Origin: Candidatus Portnoybacteria bacterium RBG_13_40_8
GTDB lineage: Bacteria > Patescibacteriota > Minisyncoccia > RBG-13-40-8-A
NCBI GenBank assembly: GCA_001819435.1
Contig: MHMT01000003.1
Location: 5,797-69,796, forward strand
DNA: 64,000 nt
Direction of reading: 5' to 3'
Notes under the pieces: generated by a model
Database searches by the model: none
Seen by the model: the letters and a program-made list of their open reading frames with translations, nothing else
What the model was told of the DNA's origin: nothing
Position numbers and translations under genes: made by a program
Shown: in pieces, positions 56,399 to 64,000 of the stretch
Layout of the letters: every line of letters starts with the position of its first letter
How positions within the stretch are numbered: the first letter of the stretch is position 1

Positions 56399-57988
56399 AT
56401 GGACAATAACGATATAACAATTTTTGCCGAGACAAATTTCCGCAACAGGAAAACAAAATTTGGCATTAAAACCGATGATCGCCGACGCCACGTGTATATT
56501 GTGGGAAAAACCGGAACTGGCAAGACCGCCCTCTTGGAGAATATGGCTGTTCAAGATATTCAAAAAGGATATGGTGTGGCGGTTGTTGATCCCCACGGCG
56601 AATTTGCCGAGAAAATGCTTGATTTCGTTCCGTCTAATCGGGTAAATGATGTGGTTTATATTAATCCGGCAGATATCGAACATCCAATCAGTTTTAATAT
56701 TATGGAAAAAGTCGGACCGGAATATCGCCATTTGGTCGCTTCCGGATTAGTCGGTGTTTTCAAAAAAATCTGGTTTGATATGTGGAGCTCCAGAATGGAA
56801 TATATAACCTATAATACTGTTTTAGCTCTTTTGGAATATCCCGGCAGTACATTAATGGGCATTAACAGAATGTTAGCTGACAAGGATTATCGTCAAAGAG
56901 TAGTCGAAAAAATTACCGACCCGACTGTTAAGGGATTTTGGAATAACGAGTTCGCCAAATACCCGGATAGATTCAGGGAAGAAGCAGTGGCGCCAATCCA
57001 GAATAAAATTGGCCAGTTTATTTCCAGTCCTTTAATCAGAAATATTATTGGCCAAGTTAAGTCCTCTATAGATATGAGAAAAATAATAGATGAAGGCAAG
57101 ATTCTGATAGTTAATCTTTCGAAAGGAAGAATAGGGGAGGATGCCAGTAATCTTTTGGGTGCTTTGGTTATAACCAGACTGCAATTAGCCGCCATGACCA
57201 GAGTTGATGTTCCGGAAGAAGAGAGAAGAGATTTCTATCTTTATGTTGATGAATTTCAGAACTTTGCCACTGAAGCTTTTGCCAACATTCTGTCCGAGGC
57301 CAGAAAATACCATCTCTGCTTGATTTTGACTCATCAATATATTGCCCAGCTTGACCAAATGACTGATAAGGGAAAAAGCACCAAGGTGAGAGACGCAGTT
57401 TTTGGCAACGTTGGAACGTTAATTACTTTTCGTGTTGGCGCATCCGATGCCGAATTCCTGGAAAAAGAGTTTGTACCGGAATTTACGATTGACGATTTGG
57501 TTAATTTGGATAAGTATAATATTTATTTGAAATTAATGATTGATGGAGCGGCTTCTCGGGCATTCAGCGCAACCACACTGGCGCCATTTCCCAAACTGGA
57601 AAAGTCATATCGGGATAAAATTATTAAAGCCTCCAGAGAGCACTACAGTGTGCCCAAGAAAGATATTGAAGAAAAGCTGATTAAGTGGAGTGAGTCGGTC
57701 CAACAGGAAGAAGACAAGAAGAAAAAATATGATGCCACTTGTTCTCAGTGCGGAAAAAAGACAAAAGTCGCTTTTCAGCCAGACGGAGTAAGGCCGGTTT
57801 ATTGTCCGGATTGTTTAAGAAAAACAAGAGAGGTGGTAACCAAGCCCGCAACAGAAGCCAAAAAAGAAACGATTTCTTTGGAAGAGGCAATAAAGCAATC
57901 CCCCCAATCTTTTAAAAAGATCAAAAAAGAACCCGATTTAGAGGAAGTCCGTAAAGCAATTGAAGAGGCAATGAAAGAAAAAGAGTAG
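56399..57988 (+). CDS. VirD4/TraD-like (type IV secretion coupling protein family, DUF87-like) P-loop ATPase with a C-terminal zinc ribbon
   Basis: Walker A GKTGTGKT, Walker B YLYVDEFQNF, and C-terminal CSQCGKK...YCPDCLRK. Confidence 0.55.
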   Translation: MDNNDITIFAETNFRNRKTKFGIKTDDRRRHVYIVGKTGTGKTALLENMAVQDIQKGYGVAVVDPHGEFAEKMLDFVPSNRVNDVVYINPADIEHPISFNIMEKVGPEYRHLVASGLVGVFKKIWFDMWSSRMEYITYNTVLALLEYPGSTLMGINRMLADKDYRQRVVEKITDPTVKGFWNNEFAKYPDRFREEAVAPIQNKIGQFISSPLIRNIIGQVKSSIDMRKIIDEGKILIVNLSKGRIGEDASNLLGALVITRLQLAAMTRVDVPEEERRDFYLYVDEFQNFATEAFANILSEARKYHLCLILTHQYIAQLDQMTDKGKSTKVRDAVFGNVGTLITFRVGASDAEFLEKEFVPEFTIDDLVNLDKYNIYLKLMIDGAASRAFSATTLAPFPKLEKSYRDKIIKASREHYSVPKKDIEEKLIKWSESVQQEEDKKKKYDATCSQCGKKTKVAFQPDGVRPVYCPDCLRKTREVVTKPATEAKKETISLEEAIKQSPQSFKKIKKEPDLEEVRKAIEEAMKEKE

Positions 57989-58023
57989 ATGGTATTTGGT
58001 ATTCAGTATTCAGTATTTAACAT

Positions 58024-58056
58024 ATTGCTATTGAATTTTCAGTAGCAATTTTTTTA
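58024..58056 (+). terminator. intrinsic terminator
   Basis: ATTGCTA-ttgaattttcag-TAGCAAT followed by TTTTTTT. Confidence 0.55.
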
Positions 58057-58080
58057 TAAAAGTGATATTATTAAGGAGGT

Positions 58081-59439
58081 ATGAAAAATTTGGAAGAAAT
58101 TCGAAAAAATCGGCTGAAAAAGTTGGCCAATTTGATAAAAGCCGGGATTAATCCCTATCCGGCCGAGGTTTTGCGTACTCATACCAATCAGGAAGCGCTG
58201 GATAATTTTAATAAATTACAAAATAAGAAAATCATTTTAGTCGGTCGAATTCGTTCAATCAGAGAACACGGCGGCTCGACTTTTTTTAATATAGAAGACG
58301 AGACAACACAGATTCAGGCATATTTGAAAAAAGATGAGGCGGGAGACAAGAATTATAAATTATTTTTGGAAAATATCGATATTGGAGACTTTGTTGAACT
58401 TGGTGGCATTTTGTTCAAAACCAAAAAAGGCGAGAAGACGGTCAAAGTTTCTAAATGGCGAATCATTGGTAAATCACTTTTGCCTTTACCGAGCGAATGG
58501 TATGGCTTGGAGGATATTGAGGAAAGATTCAGAAAAAGATATTTGGATTTGATTTTAAACAAAGAAATTCGGGATAAATTTATCAAACGTTCGGAAATTA
58601 TCAAGAAAATCCGAAAATTTTTGGACGAAAACGGATTCTTGGAAGTGGAAACTCCGATGTTACAGACAATAGCCGGTGGCACTATTGCCCGTCCTTTCAA
58701 AACCCATCTTAATGCTTTGGATATGGATTTATATTTGCGAATCGCGCCTGAACTTTATTTGAAAAGATTATTGGTTGCCGGATTTGAAAAAGTTTATGAA
58801 TTGAACCGTAATTTCCGAAATGAAGGCATGGACAGGGAGCATAATCCGGAATTTACCATGCTTGAATTTTACGCTGCTTATTGGGATTATCAACAAATGA
58901 TGGATTTTACCGAGAAATTATTGAAATCTTTGGATAATAAAGTTTTCGGAAAAAAGTTCGAGCGCGTTGAGTATGATAAGTTGATTCACCCCGTTAAATC
59001 CCGCAAAGCGGGAGCTGCGAAGCAGCAATTTAACGGGGCAAGCGATAAAGAAGCTTTTGCCAAAATTAAAGCACCGACATTTGTCATAAATCATCCAGTA
59101 GAAATCTCACCCTTAGCCAAGAAATTAGATAATAGTTCCAAAAAAGTAGCCAGATTTCAGCTAATTGCCGATGGCCTCGAAATCGCCAATGGTTGGTCGG
59201 AAATCAATAGCCCGCTTGACCAGGCAGAAAGATTTGAAGCCCAGGAAATAAAGAGGAAAAAAGGCGACCAGGAAGCGCATCAATATGATAAAGATTATAT
59301 TGAAGCCTTGGAATATGGTATGCCGCCAGCCGCCGGAATCGGCATCGGCATCGACAGATTGGCGGTTTTGTTAACCAATTCTAAAACATTAAGGGAAATA
59401 ATTTTATTCCCCACAATGAGACCGAAGAGTAATAAATAG
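58081..59439 (+). CDS. lysS: lysyl-tRNA synthetase, class II
   Basis: N-terminal OB-fold region. Motif 2 FRNEGMDREHNPEFTMLEFY, motif 3 GIGIDRL. Confidence 0.85.
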   Translation: MKNLEEIRKNRLKKLANLIKAGINPYPAEVLRTHTNQEALDNFNKLQNKKIILVGRIRSIREHGGSTFFNIEDETTQIQAYLKKDEAGDKNYKLFLENIDIGDFVELGGILFKTKKGEKTVKVSKWRIIGKSLLPLPSEWYGLEDIEERFRKRYLDLILNKEIRDKFIKRSEIIKKIRKFLDENGFLEVETPMLQTIAGGTIARPFKTHLNALDMDLYLRIAPELYLKRLLVAGFEKVYELNRNFRNEGMDREHNPEFTMLEFYAAYWDYQQMMDFTEKLLKSLDNKVFGKKFERVEYDKLIHPVKSRKAGAAKQQFNGASDKEAFAKIKAPTFVINHPVEISPLAKKLDNSSKKVARFQLIADGLEIANGWSEINSPLDQAERFEAQEIKRKKGDQEAHQYDKDYIEALEYGMPPAAGIGIGIDRLAVLLTNSKTLREIILFPTMRPKSNK

Positions 59440-59584
59440 CTCAGATTTATTTTACATGTCGACACGTGTCGCCGCTTCCAGCGAAGCGTCGCACTAATTC
59501 TCGGCCAAAATTTTGCCTTCGGCAAAAACCATGCTTTTGGCCTCCGAAATTGTCTCAGTGTAAAACAAATCTTCGCTAAAAGTT

Positions 59585-60166
59585 ATGAATAGAGAAGAAG
59601 GACTAAAATTAGTTCAGGAAAAAATTCAGAACCAGAATTTAGTAAAACATTGTCTGGCAACAGAGGTATGTATGAGAGAATTGGCGAAACATTTTGCAAA
59701 AGACCCCTCGACTTCGCTCGGGGCAGGAGACCTGGAAAAATGGGGATTGACTGGATTGCTTCACGATATTGATTACGAAGAAACAAAAAATGACCCGGAT
59801 AAACATTCTATTCTGGCCGCGGAAATTTTGGAAAAAGCAGGATTAGAAAAAGATATTGTCGATGCAGTAAAAACCCATAACGAAAGACACGGCATTGCGC
59901 CGGAATCCAAAATGGCAAAAGCCATATTTACGGTTGATCCCTTGACTGGCTTGATTGTTGCCGCAACTTTGGTTTTGCCGTCTAAAAAAATTGCTGATTT
60001 GACCGCGGAAAACGTTATTAATCGCTTCGGAGAAAAAAGTTTTGCCAAAGGCGCCAATCGGGAAATTATTTCCCAATGCCAGGAATTATTAGATATAAAT
60101 TTAAAAGAATTTATAGAAATTGGGCTAAAAGCAATGCAGGGTATTAGTGGAGATCTTGGCTTATAA
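59585..60166 (+). CDS. HD-domain phosphohydrolase
   Basis: H...HD motif (LLHDIDY). About 190 aa. Confidence 0.6.
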   Translation: MNREEGLKLVQEKIQNQNLVKHCLATEVCMRELAKHFAKDPSTSLGAGDLEKWGLTGLLHDIDYEETKNDPDKHSILAAEILEKAGLEKDIVDAVKTHNERHGIAPESKMAKAIFTVDPLTGLIVAATLVLPSKKIADLTAENVINRFGEKSFAKGANREIISQCQELLDINLKEFIEIGLKAMQGISGDLGL

Positions 60167-60288
60167 GTTCAAATTTCAAAACTCAAACTATTTCAAATCA
60201 AGTTCAAATGACTAAACTTTTAAACATTCGGTTTTCGGGATTTGATTTGGAATAATTTGGATTTTGAGATAATTTGGATTTTAAATAT

Positions 60289-61509
60289 ATGATAGACATT
60301 AAACTTCTAAGAGACAATCCGGAAAAAGTGAAAAAAGCTTGCGAGAATAAGCAAGTTAAAATTGACATTGATAAAATCTTGGAATTGGACAAAAAGAAAA
60401 GGGGATTGATTCAGGAAATTGAGGGAATGAAAGCGGAACAAAAGAAACTGGGAAAAGATAAAATAGAAAAAGCAAAAGAATTAAAAGAAAAAATCAAAAA
60501 ACTTGAGCCGGATTTGAAAAAAGCGGAAAAAGAATTTAATGAATTATTTTTGCAGATTCCCAATTTACCCTTGGATGATGTGCCGGTCGGGAAAGGCGAA
60601 TCGGAAAATAAAATTATCAGAGAGATTGGCAAGAAGCCGAAATTCAGTTTTAAGCCGAAAGATTATATGGAACTGGCCAAATGCGACGATATTATTGACA
60701 TGGAAAGAGCGGCCAAGGTTTCTGGAGCCCGATTCGGATATTTGAAGGGCGGAGCAGTTTATTTGGAATTTGCCTTAATTCAATTGGCTTTCAATACTTT
60801 GGTTAAAGAAGGATTTTGCCCGGTGATTCCGCCAGTAATGATAAAAACCGAAATGATGAAAGCTATGGGTTATACGGAGAGAGGTAGTGAGGAAATTTAT
60901 CAATTTCTTAAAGATAATTTAGTTTTAGTCGGTACTTCAGAGCAGTCAATCGGTCCAATGCACGCTGGCGAGGTTTTTAATGAAAAAGAATTGCCCAAAA
61001 GATATGTGGCTTTTTCACCATGTTTCAGGCGAGAGGCGGGTTCTTACGGTAAAGACACCAAAGGAATTTTCAGGGTGCATCAGTTTTATAAAGTAGAGAT
61101 GTTCAGTTTTTGCCATCCGGAAAAATCCAAGCAAGAACACCAGTTTTTCCTGAAAATGGAGGAGAAATTAATGTGGGTATTAAAAATTCCCTACCGCGTG
61201 GTAGAGATGTGTACCGGTGATTTAGGCGATCCTGCTGCGGCAAAATACGATATTGAAGCCTGGTTGCCGAGCGAAAATCGTTATCGGGAAACCCACTCAA
61301 CCTCAAATTGCACCGACTTTCAAGCTCGAAGATTGAATATCAGATATAAAGCAAAAGACGGGAAAATGAATTTCGTGCACACTTTAAACGGCACGGCTTT
61401 TGCTACGGGCAGAATAATTATCGCGATTTTAGAAAATTATCAGCAAAAAGACGGAAGCATAAAAATTCCAGCTGCTTTACAGAAATATACAAAAATGAAA
61501 GAAATATGA
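60289..61509 (+). CDS. serS: seryl-tRNA synthetase
   Basis: MIDIKLLRDNPE N-terminus and a class II core (FRRE, motif-3 region). An alternative upstream ATG at 60274 is possible. Confidence 0.9.
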   Translation: MIDIKLLRDNPEKVKKACENKQVKIDIDKILELDKKKRGLIQEIEGMKAEQKKLGKDKIEKAKELKEKIKKLEPDLKKAEKEFNELFLQIPNLPLDDVPVGKGESENKIIREIGKKPKFSFKPKDYMELAKCDDIIDMERAAKVSGARFGYLKGGAVYLEFALIQLAFNTLVKEGFCPVIPPVMIKTEMMKAMGYTERGSEEIYQFLKDNLVLVGTSEQSIGPMHAGEVFNEKELPKRYVAFSPCFRREAGSYGKDTKGIFRVHQFYKVEMFSFCHPEKSKQEHQFFLKMEEKLMWVLKIPYRVVEMCTGDLGDPAAAKYDIEAWLPSENRYRETHSTSNCTDFQARRLNIRYKAKDGKMNFVHTLNGTAFATGRIIIAILENYQQKDGSIKIPAALQKYTKMKEI

Positions 61510-62285
61510 AAGCGGTTTATTATCGGAAAAGAAAAAAGAAGAAAATTAGGGGACTGATATTTATAATTTGTCTCTTTTTTTTAATTTTAGCCGGGATATT
61601 CTTTGTTCTATTTCGATTTAAAATAAAGACAATAGAGATTTCCGGCAATAGAGAAATAGGTACAGAAGAGGTTAGAAGTGTTTTAAATTATAAAAATATT
61701 TTTTCCGCTACCGAAGATAAAATAAGAAATGATTTATTTAAAAAATTCCCCCAAATTTTAGAATTGGAGGTAATTAGAGACATGGCAAAAAGAGGAATCG
61801 AAATTAAGATAAAGGAAAGAGAAGAATTTGGGATTATTTGCCGGGCGGCAAAAATAAAACAAGAAAATATTGAGATAGATCAGACCCAAAATTGTTTTTA
61901 TATTGATAAAAATGGAGTTATTTTTAAAGACGCGCCCCAAACCAGCGGTTCCTTGGTAATACTGATAAAAGATTACTCGAACAGAGATTACAAACTCGGA
62001 GAGAAAATTTTTGAAGAAAAAATAATGAATTTTATTTCAGAAACAAAGGATTTTTTGTCTTCCGAAGTTGATTTGAAGATTGTTGATTTTAATATTCTAT
62101 CTTTTCCGCCGGATGACTTAAAAGTTGTTATTGACGAAGGATGGTATATTTTCTTCAATTTACAAAAAGAGGCCGGAGACCAGCTCACGGCCCTAAAAGC
62201 GGTTTTAGATGAAAAAATAAAAGATAAGAGGAACGAATTGGAGTATATAGATTTAACAATTGAGAATAGGGTGTATTACAAATAA
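61506..62285 (+). CDS. ftsQ: cell-division protein FtsQ/DivIB-like (POTRA domain)
   Basis: N-terminal TM segment followed by IKTIEISGNREIGTEEV (POTRA). Confidence 0.5.
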   Translation: MKAVYYRKRKKKKIRGLIFIICLFFLILAGIFFVLFRFKIKTIEISGNREIGTEEVRSVLNYKNIFSATEDKIRNDLFKKFPQILELEVIRDMAKRGIEIKIKEREEFGIICRAAKIKQENIEIDQTQNCFYIDKNGVIFKDAPQTSGSLVILIKDYSNRDYKLGEKIFEEKIMNFISETKDFLSSEVDLKIVDFNILSFPPDDLKVVIDEGWYIFFNLQKEAGDQLTALKAVLDEKIKDKRNELEYIDLTIENRVYYK

Positions 62286-63965
62286 CTAAGGAATATAGTA
62301 TACAAAAATTGAATTGCCGATGACCGTGACTGGTTGGTAGCGATCGAGCCACATATAAAAATCAGTCTGTTTACTGAAACCTTTTGTCGGGACAGCTTGG
62401 TTCTGCTGTTTGAAAGTGGCGGAGATTGCCAGCCAACTGCCCCTGGCTTCTTTGGGATCGCGATCTGCCCACCAACGTTCAAATTTATCGCCTAAATAGT
62501 ATTCAGCCGTTGCTCCACCAAAATAATCGACTTTAATTTTTCTGATTTGTTGCTCGTCAACCCATTTGGCGAGTCTTTTTAAATCTTGCCCCCAATCAAG
62601 GTTAGAATCGGTGACATAAATATAACCGTTTTTTGCTCCGCCAATTATTTCATTAAAATGAGTTAAATAGTAAGGAAAAATATTCAAGGACGATAAGACA
62701 TACCAAAAAAGCAGAAATCCAACAAGAATTTTTATATAAGTTGCTTTTTGGGTATTTTTAACATATTCAAAAATTCTTTTAATTTGCCCCGAAATAAGAA
62801 TATAGACAAACGGAAAAGTCGGTAAAATATGGCGAACACCGATATTTAAGTTGCTTCTGATGCTTACGAACCAATAAACAGCCAAAAATATAAGCATAGC
62901 GATTTCAGGAAAATACTTTTTCAATATCGGGCCAAATGAGCTAAAAATCCTACGAGTGAAACCTTTCGGAACTTGCCAGGCCAAGAACAACAAGGCAATA
63001 ATAGTAAAAATATGAAGAGCCAGAGGCGGCTTTATTGCATAGACAATGGGAAAATAACTGAACCAACCCACATTATTTACCTCTCCCAAAAAATAGGTCG
63101 TATTTCCGCCAGTCGCTCTTTGAAAAACCATAAATAATCCAAGCAGATATTGGGCATAGGGTCTCAGTATTGGTTTTTTGACTATCCAGTCAACCAGTTT
63201 AGCCGCTGGTCGGAATGGAAAATGAGATGAGTGATATTGGGTATCGGAAATCTGTTTTTCAGCCGGATAACCGGCAACATGGAAAAGATAAATCGGATAA
63301 ACCAGAACATAACCGATAATCATTATTAGGGCAAATTTTAGACAATAATTTATAAGGGGCTTTAATAGATTTTTATTTTCGCGCCATTTAATATAAATCC
63401 AGATTAAAATTAAAAGACCGAAATAGGGGACGAGCAAGAATAAAGAAAATTTAATCAATTGAGCTAAGCCGAAAAATATTCCGGCTAAAATAAGATTCTT
63501 TTTGGTCGGTAATTGTAACCATTTTACAAAAAAATAGATAGCAATAAAGAAAGCCGCGGCCGCACCGACATCGGTAGTGACGTATCTTCCGTGGGCAATA
63601 AAAGTCGGAGAAAAAGAAAACAGAAAAATAGCGAATAAGGCTGGCCATTTACCGTATAATTCTTTTGTCCATTTATAAATAAAAAAGCCCAAAGCAATCA
63701 GGAGTAAAAGCATGGGCAAGCGGGACCAGAATATAATTTTATCGGCGTCATTATTGGAATAATATAAAAAAGAAAATCCAAAGTCCCATTGACTGTTAAC
63801 TTCGTCTTTCCAGGATTTAAGCTGAGAAGGAAAATTTATACCATTGATAAATAAAAGAGGAATGGCCGAAAGGTCTTTCAAAAGAGGTGGATGTTCGGGA
63901 TTAAGACGCATATCCTGCTGGGTTAAATATGAATAACCGGCCGGAATATGAGCCACTTCATCCAT
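62286..63965 (-). CDS. GT-C glycosyltransferase, GT39 (protein O-mannosyltransferase)/ArnT-like
   Basis: N-terminal MDEVAHIPAGY resembles the PMT DE-motif (DEVHFG). More than 10 TM helices. Confidence 0.6.
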   Translation of the reverse strand: MDEVAHIPAGYSYLTQQDMRLNPEHPPLLKDLSAIPLLFINGINFPSQLKSWKDEVNSQWDFGFSFLYYSNNDADKIIFWSRLPMLLLLIALGFFIYKWTKELYGKWPALFAIFLFSFSPTFIAHGRYVTTDVGAAAAFFIAIYFFVKWLQLPTKKNLILAGIFFGLAQLIKFSLFLLVPYFGLLILIWIYIKWRENKNLLKPLINYCLKFALIMIIGYVLVYPIYLFHVAGYPAEKQISDTQYHSSHFPFRPAAKLVDWIVKKPILRPYAQYLLGLFMVFQRATGGNTTYFLGEVNNVGWFSYFPIVYAIKPPLALHIFTIIALLFLAWQVPKGFTRRIFSSFGPILKKYFPEIAMLIFLAVYWFVSIRSNLNIGVRHILPTFPFVYILISGQIKRIFEYVKNTQKATYIKILVGFLLFWYVLSSLNIFPYYLTHFNEIIGGAKNGYIYVTDSNLDWGQDLKRLAKWVDEQQIRKIKVDYFGGATAEYYLGDKFERWWADRDPKEARGSWLAISATFKQQNQAVPTKGFSKQTDFYMWLDRYQPVTVIGNSIFVYYIP

Positions 63966-64000
63966 AATCGCCGATTCCTGTTTTTGGGAAATCGTAGCTA

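Noticed and set aside
58001-58022. Short tandem GTATTYA heptamer run (4 copies)
   Set aside because: Low-complexity AT-rich microrepeat immediately after a gene stop. No evidence of function.
1-64000. CRISPR arrays, rRNA, transposase/integrase genes
   Set aside because: No regularly spaced direct repeats, rRNA-like conserved stretches, or DDE/tyrosine-recombinase motifs found by eye. The only mobile-like signal is the duplicated gene junction (7137-7300 and 9023-9205), reported separately.

Overview
Low-GC (~30%) window, probably from a small-genome CPR/Patescibacteria-type bacterium; the lineage call is inference only. Positions 1-45.8k form one very AT-rich glycan-biosynthesis island; 46k-64k is core housekeeping at visibly higher GC. 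Island content: GT4 glycosyltransferases, class I methyltransferases, an AsnB-type amidotransferase, six paralogous B12-binding radical-SAM enzymes, a TagF-like glycerophosphotransferase, two separate nonulosonic-acid (NeuC/NeuB/NeuA-type) gene sets, an MsbA/PglK-like ABC exporter, an initiating polyprenyl-phosphate sugar transferase, a Wzy_C(O-antigen-ligase-like)-TPR fusion, a UDP-glucose-dehydrogenase-family protein and an epimerase-GNAT fusion. Embedded in the island is a compact phosphonate module: cytidylyltransferase-PEP-mutase fusion, phosphonopyruvate decarboxylase, Fe-alcohol dehydrogenase and a B12-rSAM. This mirrors Fom1/Fom2/FomC/Fom3 of fosfomycin biosynthesis, but here without the epoxidase and inside a glycan operon. 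Most of the island is one 26-gene minus-strand block (13336-40042) with ATGA/TAATG-type overlaps. Core region content: a secreted gluzincin-like metalloprotease preceded by two promoter/terminator-delimited small structured RNAs, secA, a Nudix hydrolase, an M15 dipeptidase-like gene, secDF, a sigma-region-4-only protein, a membrane protein plus VirD4/TraD-like ATPase, lysS, an HD protein, serS, ftsQ-like and a GT39-like GT-C glycosyltransferase. Other notable sequence-level signals: a ~170 bp duplicated gene junction flanking one radical-SAM cassette; a 3x 10-bp-periodic TTGACACC array forming nested -35 elements in front of a small excisionase-type HTH gene inside the glycan operon; two higher-GC genes in the island; several intrinsic terminators and palindromes. 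No tRNA, rRNA, CRISPR or transposase/integrase was recognised.
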